Below, one piece after another: positions 28,772 through 38,894 of a stretch of DNA of 64,000 nt. A program made the translations under genes and the position numbers. Every line of letters starts with the position of its first letter. The first letter of the stretch is position 1. This DNA comes from Chloroflexota bacterium (GTDB lineage: Bacteria; Chloroflexota; UBA6077; FW602-bin22). The notes below the pieces were generated by a model that searched no databases, was not told the origin of the DNA, and saw nothing but the letters and a program-made list of their open reading frames with translations. The stretch lies in assembly GCA_004297775.1 (NCBI GenBank), contig SCUE01000028.1, forward strand, positions 64,704 through 128,703, given 5' to 3'.

Positions 28772-30049
28772 TCAGACAAACAGCAGGTACGGCTTCTCCA
28801 GGATTTCCTGAACCCGACGCAGAAAGAGCGCCGCCGGGTGGCCATCGACGATTCGGTGATCGAACGTGAGGCTCAACCACATCGTCGGCCGAACGACGAC
28901 CTGGTCGCCGCGCGCAACCGGTCGCGGGGCGATCTTGCCGACCCCGAGAATCGCGCACTCCGGCGGATTGATGATCGGCGTAAACGTATCGACGCCGGTG
29001 GTGCCGAGATTCGTCAGCGTGAACGTGCCGCCAGTTATTTCGGAGACGGCGAGTTTGTTCGCCCGGGCGCGCTCGGACAGCGACTTTGACTCACTTCCGA
29101 TCTCGAGGATCGTCTTGGTGTGCGCATCCCGCACGACCGGCACGATGAGTCCCTCGTCCAGCGCGACCGCGATCCCGAGGTGAACCGCGCCGTGCTGGAC
29201 GATCCGATCGCCGACCAGACTGGCGTTGAGGCGCGGGTGTTCGGTCAGGGCCTTCGCGACCGCGCGCGCGATGATGTCCGTGAAAGTGACGCGCACGCCC
29301 TCGCGCGCTTCCCATTCGCCGATCAACTGCTGACGAAGCGTCGTCGCCTCGCCCATATCGACTTCGACGGTGACCGTGACCGTCGCGTTGGCGATTTGGG
29401 ATTGATGCATTCGCTCGGCGATGACGCGGCGGATGCTCGACATTGGAATCGCGCGGTCGCCGCTGGTGAGGGCAGCCGGCGCGGCCGCCGTCGGAGTCGA
29501 GCGCGATCGCGCCGCGACTTGCGTTGTGGCGGGCACGACCGTCGGACGTGCCGCGGCGATATGAACGTCTTTCTCGATGACCCGGCCGCCGGGTCCGGAG
29601 CCGTGAAGGGTCGAGACATCGACGTTCAGCTCGCGGGCCAGACGGCGCGCGGCGGGGGACGCGAAAACGCGTCCGCTGTCGCGGTCGGCATCCGGCTCGG
29701 TCGAGGCAGGTCCGGCCGCCTGAGACGCGGCCACGTTCACCGGCGTCGCCGCGGCGACACTCGCGCCGCTCGTGGGCGCCACCCGTGGCGCACCAGTCAC
29801 GGCAACGATCTCGCCCGCGGCGCCGATGTGCGCGATGACGACGCCGATAGCGATCACCATTCCTTCCGGTACGACGATCGTCAGGACGCCGTCGTCGGGC
29901 GATGGAACCTCGGTGGCGACCTTCTCGGTCTCGACTTCGAAGAGCGGTTCACCGCGCTTGACGGTGTCGCCGGATTTGCGCAGCCAGCGAGCAATGGCCG
30001 CCTCATTCATCCCCGGGCTGAGACGCGGGAGAGTCACCTGGGTGGCCAT
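28772..30049 (-). CDS. dihydrolipoamide acyltransferase (E2) of a 2-oxoacid dehydrogenase complex
   Basis: Lipoyl domain EVETEKV. E3-binding domain ASPAARRLARELNVDVSTLHGSGPGGRV. Catalytic DHRIVDG. ATG at 30049. Confidence 0.9.
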   Translation of the reverse strand: MATQVTLPRLSPGMNEAAIARWLRKSGDTVKRGEPLFEVETEKVATEVPSPDDGVLTIVVPEGMVIAIGVVIAHIGAAGEIVAVTGAPRVAPTSGASVAAATPVNVAASQAAGPASTEPDADRDSGRVFASPAARRLARELNVDVSTLHGSGPGGRVIEKDVHIAAARPTVVPATTQVAARSRSTPTAAAPAALTSGDRAIPMSSIRRVIAERMHQSQIANATVTVTVEVDMGEATTLRQQLIGEWEAREGVRVTFTDIIARAVAKALTEHPRLNASLVGDRIVQHGAVHLGIAVALDEGLIVPVVRDAHTKTILEIGSESKSLSERARANKLAVSEITGGTFTLTNLGTTGVDTFTPIINPPECAILGVGKIAPRPVARGDQVVVRPTMWLSLTFDHRIVDGHPAALFLRRVQEILEKPYLLFV

Positions 30050-30082
30050 TGGCAGCCGGCCGATTGTAGCATCAGCGTTCCG

Positions 30083-30517
30083 ATGCCCCGACCGAGATAC
30101 CACGCGCTGGCCTCGCTTGCCCTGGGCACCGCGCTCGCGATCGGCGGTCGGTCAAAACGGCGACTCGTCGCGCCAATCGTGAGCGGATTCCTGATCGACG
30201 GCGATCACCTCTTCGACTTCGCCCTCGGCCGACTCGGATTCCACGGTCGCATGGTCCTGCCGCTTCACGGCTGGGAGTACGTCGCGGTGTTCCTGGCGCT
30301 CGATCGGCGCCTCAAGACCTCGGGCGCCTTGACGGCCGGATATGTCTGTCACCTGGCGATGGACCAGATCTGGAACGAGAAGCGAAGCGCGTTCAGTTAC
30401 TTCCTGGCGTTCCGAGCGTGGCGTGGCTTCCGGGCCGACCAACTCGGTCCGCTCGACCCCGAGAAGCGACACCGATGGCGACACTCCTCGCCCGTCGGTC
30501 TCCTCCGCTGGCTGTAG
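30083..30517 (+). CDS. small integral membrane protein, possibly DUF457/YdjM-like metal-dependent hydrolase
   Basis: Only the 3' third of track ORF 29120..30517 looks genuine: MPRPRYHALASLALGTALAIGG...FLIDGDHLFDF...HGWEY. Several hydrophobic helices with conserved His/Asp. Confidence 0.4.
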   Translation: MPRPRYHALASLALGTALAIGGRSKRRLVAPIVSGFLIDGDHLFDFALGRLGFHGRMVLPLHGWEYVAVFLALDRRLKTSGALTAGYVCHLAMDQIWNEKRSAFSYFLAFRAWRGFRADQLGPLDPEKRHRWRHSSPVGLLRWL

Positions 30518-30532
30518 TCTTCACGTGAAAGG

Positions 30533-31186
30533 ATGGCCAACGTGCCAGATACGAGCGTCGAGCGGATCTTTCGCTCGGGCATCATCGCGATCATGCGCCG
30601 AACCGAGGCGTCGCTGGCCATCGAAACGGTCGAAGCGCTCGTACGCGGCGGCATCGACATCGTCGAGGTCACTCTGAACTCGCCGGGAGCCGACGACATG
30701 CTGCGCGCGTTGAGCGCCCATTTCGGCGACCGCGTGTTGATTGGCGCGGGAACTGTGATGTCGGCGGAATCCGCCAAAGCGGCCATCGCGGCCGGGGCGC
30801 GGTTCATCGTCTCGCCGCACACGGACCGCGGCGTCATCGAAGCATCGCGCCGGGCTGGGTTGCCGGTGTTTCCAGGCGGCTTCACCCCGACCGAGATCGT
30901 CCACGCATGGAAACTCGGCGCGACGGCCGTGAAGGTATTTCCGATCGGATCGGTTGGCGCGCGCTATCTGCGCGACGTCCTCGCGCCGCTGACGGAGATA
31001 CCGCTCGTGCCGACCGGCGGCATCACGCTCGATAACGCGGCCGAGATGATTCGTTTCGGCGCGCGAGCGCTCGGGCTGGGGTCGGACCTCGTGTCGGCGA
31101 AGACGGTGACTGACCGACAGTTCGACACGATCGCGGAACGAGCCCGGCGCTTCGTCGAGGAAGTCGCGAAAGGCCGATCCGAGTGA
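30533..31186 (+). CDS. eda: KDPG / 4-hydroxy-2-oxoglutarate aldolase
   Basis: IIAIMRR...GGIDIVEVTLNSPGA...IGAGTV...FIVSP...GATAVKVFP (Schiff-base lysine context). Confidence 0.85.
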   Translation: MANVPDTSVERIFRSGIIAIMRRTEASLAIETVEALVRGGIDIVEVTLNSPGADDMLRALSAHFGDRVLIGAGTVMSAESAKAAIAAGARFIVSPHTDRGVIEASRRAGLPVFPGGFTPTEIVHAWKLGATAVKVFPIGSVGARYLRDVLAPLTEIPLVPTGGITLDNAAEMIRFGARALGLGSDLVSAKTVTDRQFDTIAERARRFVEEVAKGRSE

Positions 31187-32685
31187 CATTCGCCGCCTTC
31201 CTCGGCATCGACCTGGGCACGACCGGCGTCCGGGCGCTCGTCGTCGATCTCGACGGTCGGACACTCGGGGAGGCGGCGCAGGAGTACCCATTGCACACGC
31301 CGCGCTCCGGTTGGGCGGAGCAGGACCCGCGCGAGGTGTCCGATGGCGCGATCGCCTGTGCGAGGCGCGCATTGCGTAAAGTGGGGCTTCGCCGGCGCGA
31401 CCGAGTCGCGATCGGGTTCTCGGGGACGTTTCACAATGTCGCTCCGTTCGGGCTCGACGACGAGCCTCGCGGTCGAGCGCTGATCTGGGCCGACACGCGA
31501 GCGACCCACGAGGCGGCCTGGATCAAGGAGCACGCCGACGCTTCGTCGCTGTACCGACGGACCGGCTGCCCAGTTCACCCGATGTACCTTCCAGCCAAGC
31601 TCCGCTGGCTGCGCGCGAACGGATTGGCCGCGCCCCGCTATCGGTCGATCAAGGAGTACGTCGCGTTCCGGTTCACCGGCGAATGGGTCTGCGATCTCTC
31701 GGTCGCGTCGGGAACGGGTTTGCTGGCAATGGAACGACGGGCCTGGGATGACGGCGCACTCGGACTGGCCGAAATCGATGCGGCGGTGCTCTCACCGATC
31801 GTGGACACCAGCGCTGCCATCGGCACTCTCACCGCCGCGGCAGCGACTGCGCTGGGCGTTTCGGCCGACAGCGTCGTCGTCGCTGGCGCGGGCGACGGCG
31901 TGCTGTCGAGTCTCGGCGCGGGGACGATCGGCCTCGGCCAGGCGACCGTCACGATCGGCACGAGCGGCGCGGTCCGGCTCGTGACCGATGCGCCGCGAAC
32001 CGACCGCGAGGGTCGCACCTGGTGCTACTACCTGGCCGAAGGGAAATGGGTCGTCGGCGCGGCGATCAACAACGGCGGAATCGCGTTGCGATGGGCGCTG
32101 GAGAAACTCTGCCGCTTCCCATCTCACGCCTACGACGGCTTCATCGAGGGCGCGAGTGAAGCTCCGATCGGCGCGACTGCCCTGTTCTTCCTGCCATTCC
32201 TGACCGGCGAACGCGCGCCGTATTGGAACGCCGAGGCGCGCGGGGTGCTCTTCGGACTTTCGATCGACCACGACCATCGACACATCGCCCGCGCCGTGAT
32301 GGAGGGCATCGGCTATCGGATGCGGTCGATCGCGTTGGCCGTCGATAGCGTGGCCGGCCCGATCGCCGAGGCGCGCGCGACCGGCGGCTACACGCGAAGC
32401 CCGTTCTGGATGCAGTTAGCGGCGAACGTACTCAACCTGCCGCTGCGGGTTCCCTCGATCCAGGAGGCATCGGCGCTCGGCGCGGCCGAACTGGCGATGA
32501 TCGGCGTCGGTGCGCTGCCAGATCTGGCCGCGACCGAGCGGTTCGTGACCGCTTCCAAGCCGGTAGCACCCGAACCGGCCGTCGCGGCGCGTTACGCCGA
32601 GTTGTTTGACGAGTACATGCGCTTGTACTGGTCGGCGACACCACACTTCAGTTCGCTCACTGCGATTCGGGAATCGACCGGCTGA
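31183..32685 (+). CDS. FGGY-family carbohydrate kinase (gluconate/xylulose kinase-like)
   Basis: FLGIDLGTTGVRALVVD and GGYTRSPFWMQLAANVLNLP. Start overlaps the eda stop (GTGA). Confidence 0.85.
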   Translation: MTFAAFLGIDLGTTGVRALVVDLDGRTLGEAAQEYPLHTPRSGWAEQDPREVSDGAIACARRALRKVGLRRRDRVAIGFSGTFHNVAPFGLDDEPRGRALIWADTRATHEAAWIKEHADASSLYRRTGCPVHPMYLPAKLRWLRANGLAAPRYRSIKEYVAFRFTGEWVCDLSVASGTGLLAMERRAWDDGALGLAEIDAAVLSPIVDTSAAIGTLTAAAATALGVSADSVVVAGAGDGVLSSLGAGTIGLGQATVTIGTSGAVRLVTDAPRTDREGRTWCYYLAEGKWVVGAAINNGGIALRWALEKLCRFPSHAYDGFIEGASEAPIGATALFFLPFLTGERAPYWNAEARGVLFGLSIDHDHRHIARAVMEGIGYRMRSIALAVDSVAGPIAEARATGGYTRSPFWMQLAANVLNLPLRVPSIQEASALGAAELAMIGVGALPDLAATERFVTASKPVAPEPAVAARYAELFDEYMRLYWSATPHFSSLTAIRESTG

Positions 32686-32691
32686 CCGTCC

Positions 32692-32871
32692 CTACCCGTC
32701 AGGTTCGCGGCCGCGCAGGCGGAGAACGCTCTGCAGCGCACGGATCAACTTCCACGCGAGCAGGACGCCCACACTGATATAGGTGAGGAACAGGGCCGCC
32801 CAGACGGCGACCGCGTCGATCGCGGCATCGAGCCGTTTCTTGCGAAACGGGTCTGACGGATTTCGGCTCAA
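32692..32871 (-). CDS. possible 59-aa single-TM micro-protein coupled to ruvB
   Basis: Not in the track (below its 60-aa cutoff). TTG 32869-32871 overlaps the ruvB TGA (TTGA). Translation ...[24 protein letters not shown]... ORF evidence only. Confidence 0.2.
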   Translation of the reverse strand: MSRNPSDPFRKKRLDAAIDAVAVWAALFLTYISVGVLLAWKLIRALQSVLRLRGREPDG

Positions 32872-33911
32872 AAGAGCGACTGCTGAGCCACTCGGTCGGT
32901 GTCTCCCGGGCCGCGGTAGGCGCGACCGAGATGCTCGAAGGCGCGACGGGTGGCGACCCGACCGCGCGGCGTCCGATCGAGAAAGCCCAGTTGAAGCAGG
33001 AACGGCTCGTAGACGTCTTCGAGTGTGTCCGGATCCTCGCTGATTGCGGCGGCCAGGGTCGTCAGGCCAACCGGTCCGCCCTCGTACTTGTCGATGATCG
33101 CGGCCAGGACGCGGCGATCGATATCGTCCAATCCAAGTCCGTCGATTTCGAGCAGCGCCAGGGCGGCGCGCGCGACGTCGAGCGTGACGATGCCAGCCGC
33201 GCGAACCTCGGCGAAATCGCGGACGCGCTTGAGAAGACGATTGGCGATGCGGGGCGTGCCGCGCGATCGATACGCGATCTCGGTCGACGCTTCCGACTCG
33301 ATCTCGATGTCGAGAATGCGTGCCGACCGCGTGACGATCTCCTCGAGCGCCTCGGGCGTCTGGAAATCGAGTCGCAGCGTCGTGCCGAAACGATCGCGCA
33401 GGGGCGACGAGAGCAGCGCGTACCGGGTCGTTGCGCCGATCAGCGTGAAGTGAGGGACCTGCAGACGCATCATCTTCGCCGCCATCCCCTTGCCGAGGAT
33501 GAAGTCCCAGGCGAAGTCCTCCATCGTCGGATACAGCGCCTCCTCGACCAGGCGGCTCAGCCGGTGGATCTCGTCGATGAAGAGAATGTCGCCCGGCTGC
33601 ATGGCCATGAGCGTCGAGGCGAGATCGCCCGGAATGGCGATGGCTGGACCCGACGTCACCTTGATCTGGACACCCATTTCATTCGCGATGACGTTCGCGA
33701 GCGTCGTCTTGCCCAGGCCCGGAGGTCCGTGCAGCAAGATGTGGTCGAGAGCCTCGCCACGGGCGCGGGCGGCCTCGATCGCGATCGCGAGATTGGCCTT
33801 GACCTTCTCCTGCCCGATGTACTCTCCGATCGACCGCGGACGCAGGCTCAACTCGATCTGCGCCTCGTCGGGTTGGCGAGCTGGCGCGACGACCCTTTCG
33901 GGAACGCTCAT
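32868..33911 (-). CDS. ruvB: Holliday junction branch-migration ATPase RuvB
   Basis: 347 aa from [24 protein letters not shown], Walker [22 protein letters not shown]. The track ORF (to 34478) is an upstream over-extension. Confidence 0.95.
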   Translation of the reverse strand: MSVPERVVAPARQPDEAQIELSLRPRSIGEYIGQEKVKANLAIAIEAARARGEALDHILLHGPPGLGKTTLANVIANEMGVQIKVTSGPAIAIPGDLASTLMAMQPGDILFIDEIHRLSRLVEEALYPTMEDFAWDFILGKGMAAKMMRLQVPHFTLIGATTRYALLSSPLRDRFGTTLRLDFQTPEALEEIVTRSARILDIEIESEASTEIAYRSRGTPRIANRLLKRVRDFAEVRAAGIVTLDVARAALALLEIDGLGLDDIDRRVLAAIIDKYEGGPVGLTTLAAAISEDPDTLEDVYEPFLLQLGFLDRTPRGRVATRRAFEHLGRAYRGPGDTDRVAQQSLF

Positions 33912-33943
33912 GCCGACCAGTCCGAACAGGCGTTCATTGCAGG

Positions 33944-35377
33944 CTAGATTATGTAAGCTGGACTCGACTTCCGGCTGGCTGAGATTTCCGCGGCGCGCTT
34001 TTCGTACCCGGATCGCCCCATCAACGCGTAAGCGGCGATCTTGCCCGCCTCGACGCCGGGTTGGTCGAATGCGTTGATGTGGAGTAGTTCGCCGGTCATC
34101 GCCGTCTGGGTCTCGAGGATGAACATCAATTGGCCGACCGTGAACGCGTTGACGGCTGGCAGATGGAACGTGACGCTCGGACGACCCGTGTCGGACAGCG
34201 CGACCGCGGTGCCCTGCCGCTCGACGTCCATCAGTTCGTTGAGCGTGTGTCCGCCCAGGTAATTGACTCCGGGCGATGGCGGGTAGCCCGGCGGGATGAC
34301 GACGTCGTGGTGGAAGCGATCGACCGCGATGAAGTTCACAATCTTGTCGAAGCGTCCCTCGGCGTACAACTGGACCTGGGAGTGTTGGTCGGTGACGCCG
34401 AGCGCCTTGATCGGCGTCGGGCCGACGTTGACGATGCGGCCATCCAGATCGACGCGCTTGCCGAGGCTCTCGGCCCACAGTTGGCAGTACCAGTCGGCAA
34501 CGTCCTTCAATGCCTGGCTGTACGGCATCATCACCGAGAGGGTGCGTCCCGCTTCGTAGCCGAGATAGTGAATCGCCGCGTTGGCGTAGGCCGGATTGCG
34601 CCGAAGATCGGGTTCGGAGGTCATTTCATCGCCAAACGCCGCGCCGGCGAGGAGTTCCTGGATGTCGATGCCAGTAATCGCGGCCGAAATCAGTCCAACC
34701 GGCGAAAGGACGGAGAACCGGCCGCCGACGGTGCCGGGGATGACGAACGTTCGGTACTCTTCGACCTCGATGATCTTGCGGAGCTCGCCTGATTTCGCAT
34801 CGGTCGTCGTGACGATGTGATCGCGGTGCGAATCGCCGAGCGCCTTGACGAGCATGTCGCGGACGATCAGGTACTGTGCCATCGTCTCCGCAGTGGTACC
34901 CGACTTGGTGATGACGTTGAAGAGAGTTCGCCGCGGATCGACGACCCGTAAGAATCCCGAGAACTGGTCCGGATCGACGTTGTCGAGCACGAAGAGGCGC
35001 GGTCGTCCGCCGCGTTGCTCGGGCGAGAGCAGGTTGTAGTAGGGCGGATTCAGTGCAGTGCTAAGAGCGATGTTGCCCAGGGCCGAGCCGCCGATGCCGA
35101 GGACGACGAAGTTGTCGAAGCGTCCCTTGATTGAATCGACGTACGCCTCGATCTCGGACGCGACGTTGAGCGAACTCGGCAGCTTCATCCAATCGAGTTC
35201 ACCAGCCTGACGCCTGCGCGCAATCTCGCTATGCCCGCGCGCGACGCGCTCCGAGAGTGAGGCCAGCGCGGCTTCGGTGATTCCGTGCGCATCGCCGATC
35301 GACGATGCCATCGCATTATTGAAATCGAACCGGATTCGCATCGTCTGGCGCAGAGCCGCGTGGTCACGTCGCGACAT
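33944..35377 (-). CDS. pgi: glucose-6-phosphate isomerase
   Basis: ATG 35377 preceded by [37 protein letters not shown] signatures. Confidence 0.85.
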   Translation of the reverse strand: MSRRDHAALRQTMRIRFDFNNAMASSIGDAHGITEAALASLSERVARGHSEIARRRQAGELDWMKLPSSLNVASEIEAYVDSIKGRFDNFVVLGIGGSALGNIALSTALNPPYYNLLSPEQRGGRPRLFVLDNVDPDQFSGFLRVVDPRRTLFNVITKSGTTAETMAQYLIVRDMLVKALGDSHRDHIVTTTDAKSGELRKIIEVEEYRTFVIPGTVGGRFSVLSPVGLISAAITGIDIQELLAGAAFGDEMTSEPDLRRNPAYANAAIHYLGYEAGRTLSVMMPYSQALKDVADWYCQLWAESLGKRVDLDGRIVNVGPTPIKALGVTDQHSQVQLYAEGRFDKIVNFIAVDRFHHDVVIPPGYPPSPGVNYLGGHTLNELMDVERQGTAVALSDTGRPSVTFHLPAVNAFTVGQLMFILETQTAMTGELLHINAFDQPGVEAGKIAAYALMGRSGYEKRAAEISASRKSSPAYII

Positions 35378-35395
35378 CGATCCTCCCCGAGTGGC

Positions 35396-36568
35396 GTGTG
35401 CTGGCGATTCTACAATCGCCCGGTGCGCTTCCACGCGCGAAATGGGCGCGCGCGCCGCGCCGAATTCGCGACCGCCCACGGCGTCATCCAGACACCCGTC
35501 TTCATGCCGGTCGGGACTCGCGCGACCGTGAAAACGCTATCACCGGCCGATCTGCGCGCGATCGGTGCCGAGATCATTCTGGCAAACACCTACCATCTGT
35601 TCATTCGGCCCGGACACGGCTTGATCGAGCGGCTGGGCGGACTGCACTCGTTCATGGCCTGGGATCGATCGATTCTGACCGACAGCGGCGGGTTCCAGGT
35701 CGTCAGCCTGACCGATCTTCGCAAGGTCGACGACGAGGGAGTGACATTTCGATCGCACATCGACGGCTCGCAATTGCGGTTCACACCCGAGAGCGTTGTG
35801 ACAACCCAGGAGGCGCTGGGTGCGGATATCGCGATGGCGTTCGACCATCCGCCAGCGTGGGGTTCATCGGATTCCGAGGCCGCTCAGGCAACATTGCGGA
35901 GCCTGTCGTGGGCCGAACGCTGTCGAAAGGCGCACGGGCGTGCCAACCAGATGCTGTTCGGCATCTGCCAGGGTGGCTTCGCGGCCGAGGCGCGGGCGGA
36001 GAGCGCGCGGGCAATCGCGGGTTTGGATTTCGTCGGCAACGCGATCGGCGGTCTGAGCGTCGGTGAGCCGAAAGAACTGCTCTGGCCGTTGCTGGCGGCG
36101 AGTCTCGGGAGCCTTCCCGAGGACCGTCCCCGCTACGTGATGGGAATGGGCGCGCCGGAGGACTTGCTGGCCGCGATCGCGATGGGCGCGGACATGTTCG
36201 ACTGCGTGCTGCCGACGCGCCTGGGCCGCAACGGCGCGTTCTTCACGCGTGGGGGTCGGCAGAACATCGGCAACGCGCGTTTTCGCGAAGTGCCCGGACC
36301 GCTCGACGCCGAGTGCGACTGCGAGGCCTGCCGCGTCCACTCGACGACCTACATCCACCACCTGTTTCGGGTCGACGAGATCCTCGGCCTGCGGCTGCTG
36401 AGCCTGCACAACACGCGGTTTCTCATCCGGTTGATGGAGCAATCGCGGACGGCGATCGAATCGGGCGACTTCGGCGAGTTCGCGCTCGAATTCCTGGGCC
36501 GGTATGGGCCGACGAACGCGTCGTGTCTCCAGGCCCGCGTCGCTATAGTTGACGCGATGCGCCCGTAG
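35396..36568 (+). CDS. tgt: queuine tRNA-ribosyltransferase
   Basis: HGVIQTPVFMPVGTRATVK, LTDSGGFQV, zinc site CDCEACRVHS...H. GTG start at 35396 or 35423. The last 10 nt overlap the tRNA-Arg gene. Confidence 0.9.
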   Translation: MCWRFYNRPVRFHARNGRARRAEFATAHGVIQTPVFMPVGTRATVKTLSPADLRAIGAEIILANTYHLFIRPGHGLIERLGGLHSFMAWDRSILTDSGGFQVVSLTDLRKVDDEGVTFRSHIDGSQLRFTPESVVTTQEALGADIAMAFDHPPAWGSSDSEAAQATLRSLSWAERCRKAHGRANQMLFGICQGGFAAEARAESARAIAGLDFVGNAIGGLSVGEPKELLWPLLAASLGSLPEDRPRYVMGMGAPEDLLAAIAMGADMFDCVLPTRLGRNGAFFTRGGRQNIGNARFREVPGPLDAECDCEACRVHSTTYIHHLFRVDEILGLRLLSLHNTRFLIRLMEQSRTAIESGDFGEFALEFLGRYGPTNASCLQARVAIVDAMRP

Positions 36569-36633
36569 CTCAGAGGATAGAGTACCGGCCTCCGAAGCCG
36601 GGTGCGCAGGTTCGAGTCCTGCCGGGCGTACCA
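36559..36633 (+). tRNA. tRNA-Arg (anticodon CCG), CCA encoded
   Basis: Cloverleaf folded by hand: acceptor GCGCCCG/CGGGCGT, anticodon stem CCGGC/GCCGG with loop CTCCGAA, T-arm GCAGG-TTCGAGT-CCTGC. Confidence 0.9.
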
Positions 36634-37117
36634 GAAATCTGTCATCACCGCGTAGCAGTGGCCACGCGGCCGTTATGTCCCGAATGCTGGCGAAGAACGC
36701 GGCCGGCGAGATCCCGAAGAATCGCGAAAGCCCCTCGATGTGCTTCCGTTGAAGCTCTCGCTTGCCCGAGAGAACCTCGGAGACGAGTGAGGGCGTGCCG
36801 AAAATCGGCACGAGCGCGCGCTGAGGAAGCCCCCGCTCTTGGCAGAGAACGCGCACGAGTTCAACGCCCGACAGCGGCGGTATGAACGCGTTTGCTTCCT
36901 CCCACGCGTATACGAGACCGGTTAGGACATCGAGGAAGTCGTCCTCCGCGACGCTGCGCCGCGGCATGGCGAGAAGTCGATCGATTCGATCTTGAACAGC
37001 CACCAGCTGCGCTTCGTCGTGAATCGGCCTCGGAGGCAACTCCGCAATCAGCGAGCGATACTCGCTGTCCTCAGAATCAGGGATCGTGCTTCCAATCATT
37101 CGCGTGGTACTCCGCAT
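36634..37117 (-). CDS. higA: HigA-type antitoxin (XRE helix-turn-helix); no in-frame stop before the tRNA gene
   Basis: ...SGVELVRVLCQERGLPQRALVPIFGTPSLVSEVLSGKRELQRKHIEGLSRFFGISPAAFF is a typical HigA/XRE C-terminal HTH. The frame stays open through the antisense of tRNA-Arg and tgt down to 35864, so the 3' end given here is nominal. Confidence 0.6.
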
Positions 37118-37370
37118 GCGTTATGACTCGCCGAACGTAGACTCGGCGCTTCTCGAACTCGACACGGGCCACCAGGCGGTAGGTATTCCCGCCGATATTG
37201 AAAACGGTGAGCAGTCCAACCGAATCCGCGGACGGGAACGTCTGCCGAAGCTCACCCCAGTCGCTCCAATCCGCCGTGTCAACGATCTGGTACCAGGCCC
37301 GTAATCGTCTCTCCGCGTCGGGATGTCGAAACCAGAACTCACGCAATCGCGCGCGACTGATCACCCACAC
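37077..37370 (-). CDS. higB: HigB-family mRNA interferase toxin
   Basis: VWVISRARLREFWFRHPDAERRLRAWYQIVDTADW...FNIGGNTYRLVARVEFEKRRVYVRRVITHAEY matches the HigB toxin pattern. GTG start at 37370; toxin-first order as in higBA. Confidence 0.8.
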   Translation of the reverse strand: MWVISRARLREFWFRHPDAERRLRAWYQIVDTADWSDWGELRQTFPSADSVGLLTVFNIGGNTYRLVARVEFEKRRVYVRRVITHAEYHANDWKHDP

Positions 37371-37425
37371 CCCAGTGCGCTGGTATTCGCATAATGCGAA
37401 CTGGTCATCAACATGGCGGGTCGCA

Positions 37426-38268
37426 CTATGAAAGCTCGGACAGGCTCTCGAGGTACGCGTCGAAATCAACCCGGCGATCCAGTGCCGAGAGCCATGGGTC
37501 CAGGACCGGGAGAAATGATCCACTCGCGGTGTCGAGAACGCCGAGGCACCCCGGTTGAAGTGTGGTCACATCGGGAAACCAGCGCGGCGAGCAGACAATG
37601 CAGTCGACACCCAGATACATGGTTCGGCCGAACGCTCGCGGCCCGTGGAGGGTGTGAGCGTGTCCCGCCACAAGCCATCGCGGCTCGAGCTGTTCGACGA
37701 GCCGTGAGATCGTGGGCGAACCGTGAATCTCGCCGCGAAAGCCCGTGCTCGTCCCATAGGGACCTTGGTGAGTCACGAGGAGGTCAACCGTTCCCGGTCC
37801 CAGCGTCGCGATGCGATCGAGCGCCGCCAGATCAAGCCCAGCCGGGCCGGTTTCCTCTTCGACACCGCCCAGAAAGCCGACGTTGAGATCGGCGACAGTT
37901 CGAGTTGTGCCATCGCGAACGTATTCGAAGATCCCAAACGGGTCCGCCGGTCCATCGGACGCCAACGATTCGAGCCACGCGGGATCGTCGTGATTGCCTC
38001 GGACGAACGAAATCGGCACCGGCAGCAAGGTAGAGGCGCGACGCAGATTCTCGGCTCGGCGGCCGGATGCGCCAAGCAATCGGCCAAGATCCGCTTCGGC
38101 TGGATCGAGTCGCACGTGCGGATCGTTCGGATCAGGCTCCGGCTTCCCGAGATCGCCGACCTGCACGATCAGGTCGAACCTACGCCCATTGCGCCGCTGC
38201 CACTCGAGGGCAACGAGGAGCCCGAGAAATGCCCGGCCGTGCAGATCTCCGAGTACGCCGACAAGCAT
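37426..38268 (-). CDS. metallophosphoesterase (calcineurin-like)
   Basis: MLVGVLGDLHG, VQVGDLG, VRGNHDD, LLVTHQGP, AGHAHT metal-ligand motifs. Confidence 0.8.
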   Translation of the reverse strand: MLVGVLGDLHGRAFLGLLVALEWQRRNGRRFDLIVQVGDLGKPEPDPNDPHVRLDPAEADLGRLLGASGRRAENLRRASTLLPVPISFVRGNHDDPAWLESLASDGPADPFGIFEYVRDGTTRTVADLNVGFLGGVEEETGPAGLDLAALDRIATLGPGTVDLLVTHQGPYGTSTGFRGEIHGSPTISRLVEQLEPRWLVAGHAHTLHGPRAFGRTMYLGVDCIVCSPRWFPDVTTLQPGCLGVLDTASGSFLPVLDPWLSALDRRVDFDAYLESLSELS

Positions 38269-38400
38269 GTCGATCCTCGCAACGAATGTTCGAAGTAGTC
38301 TACGCGCGGAAACGGCGTAAACTGGCGATCGTGCGCTCCCGTTGGACGGGCCGCTCGACCGAGTGAGGAACGTAACCCTCACCGCACTCCCGCGCTTCAG

Positions 38401-38832
38401 TTAGTCCGTCACATGCCAGTTCGCCGGCAGATCATCGATCGGCGCCCATTCTGGGTGTGGCATCCAGTTCTCCCATCCGTCGCAGTATGGGGACATCCGT
38501 CGTTCGATCCGGTCGATCGCGCGATCGGCCTCGGACAGGATGGCCGCTGCTTCGCTCTCCGTGATGCTCCCGACTTTCCGCATCCAGCCGAACTCGTCCT
38601 GGTCCTTGAATCTCCACGAACTCAGGTCCGGCTTCACTACGAGATCCAGCGCGTGGTCCCACGTGTCAAACCCGGCGGGTGATCTCCGCCATGGAGCCTC
38701 AAGATTCACGTACCAGAAGAGGAACACACCATCGGCTTCACGCCAGAACAGACCCGTGGAATGGGCATCGCCCGGCCGATGGAGGAACAGCGCTCGATTC
38801 GTATGCCATACGTGTTGATTTCGCGGGAAAAC
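38401..38832 (-). pseudogene. DUF402-family (FomD-like nucleoside di/triphosphatase) gene fragment lacking its N-terminus, abutting the IS end
   Basis: FLFWYVNLEAPW...WDHALDLVVKPDLSSWRFKDQDEF matches the DUF402 core. The frame stays open upstream (…NQHVWHTNRALFLHRPGDAHSTGLFWREADGV) until a TAA that lies inside the IS inverted repeat. Confidence 0.55.
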
Positions 38833-38858
38833 TGGCTCTCCCGCATGTTATGGGAAGT
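38833..38858. repeat. IS terminal inverted repeat (left)
   Basis: TGGCTCTCCCGCATGTTATGGGAAGT, the exact reverse complement of 40516-40541. Confidence 0.9.
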
Positions 38859-38894
38859 CATAGCGTCCGCCGGTGATGCGGCCGACGAGCCGGA

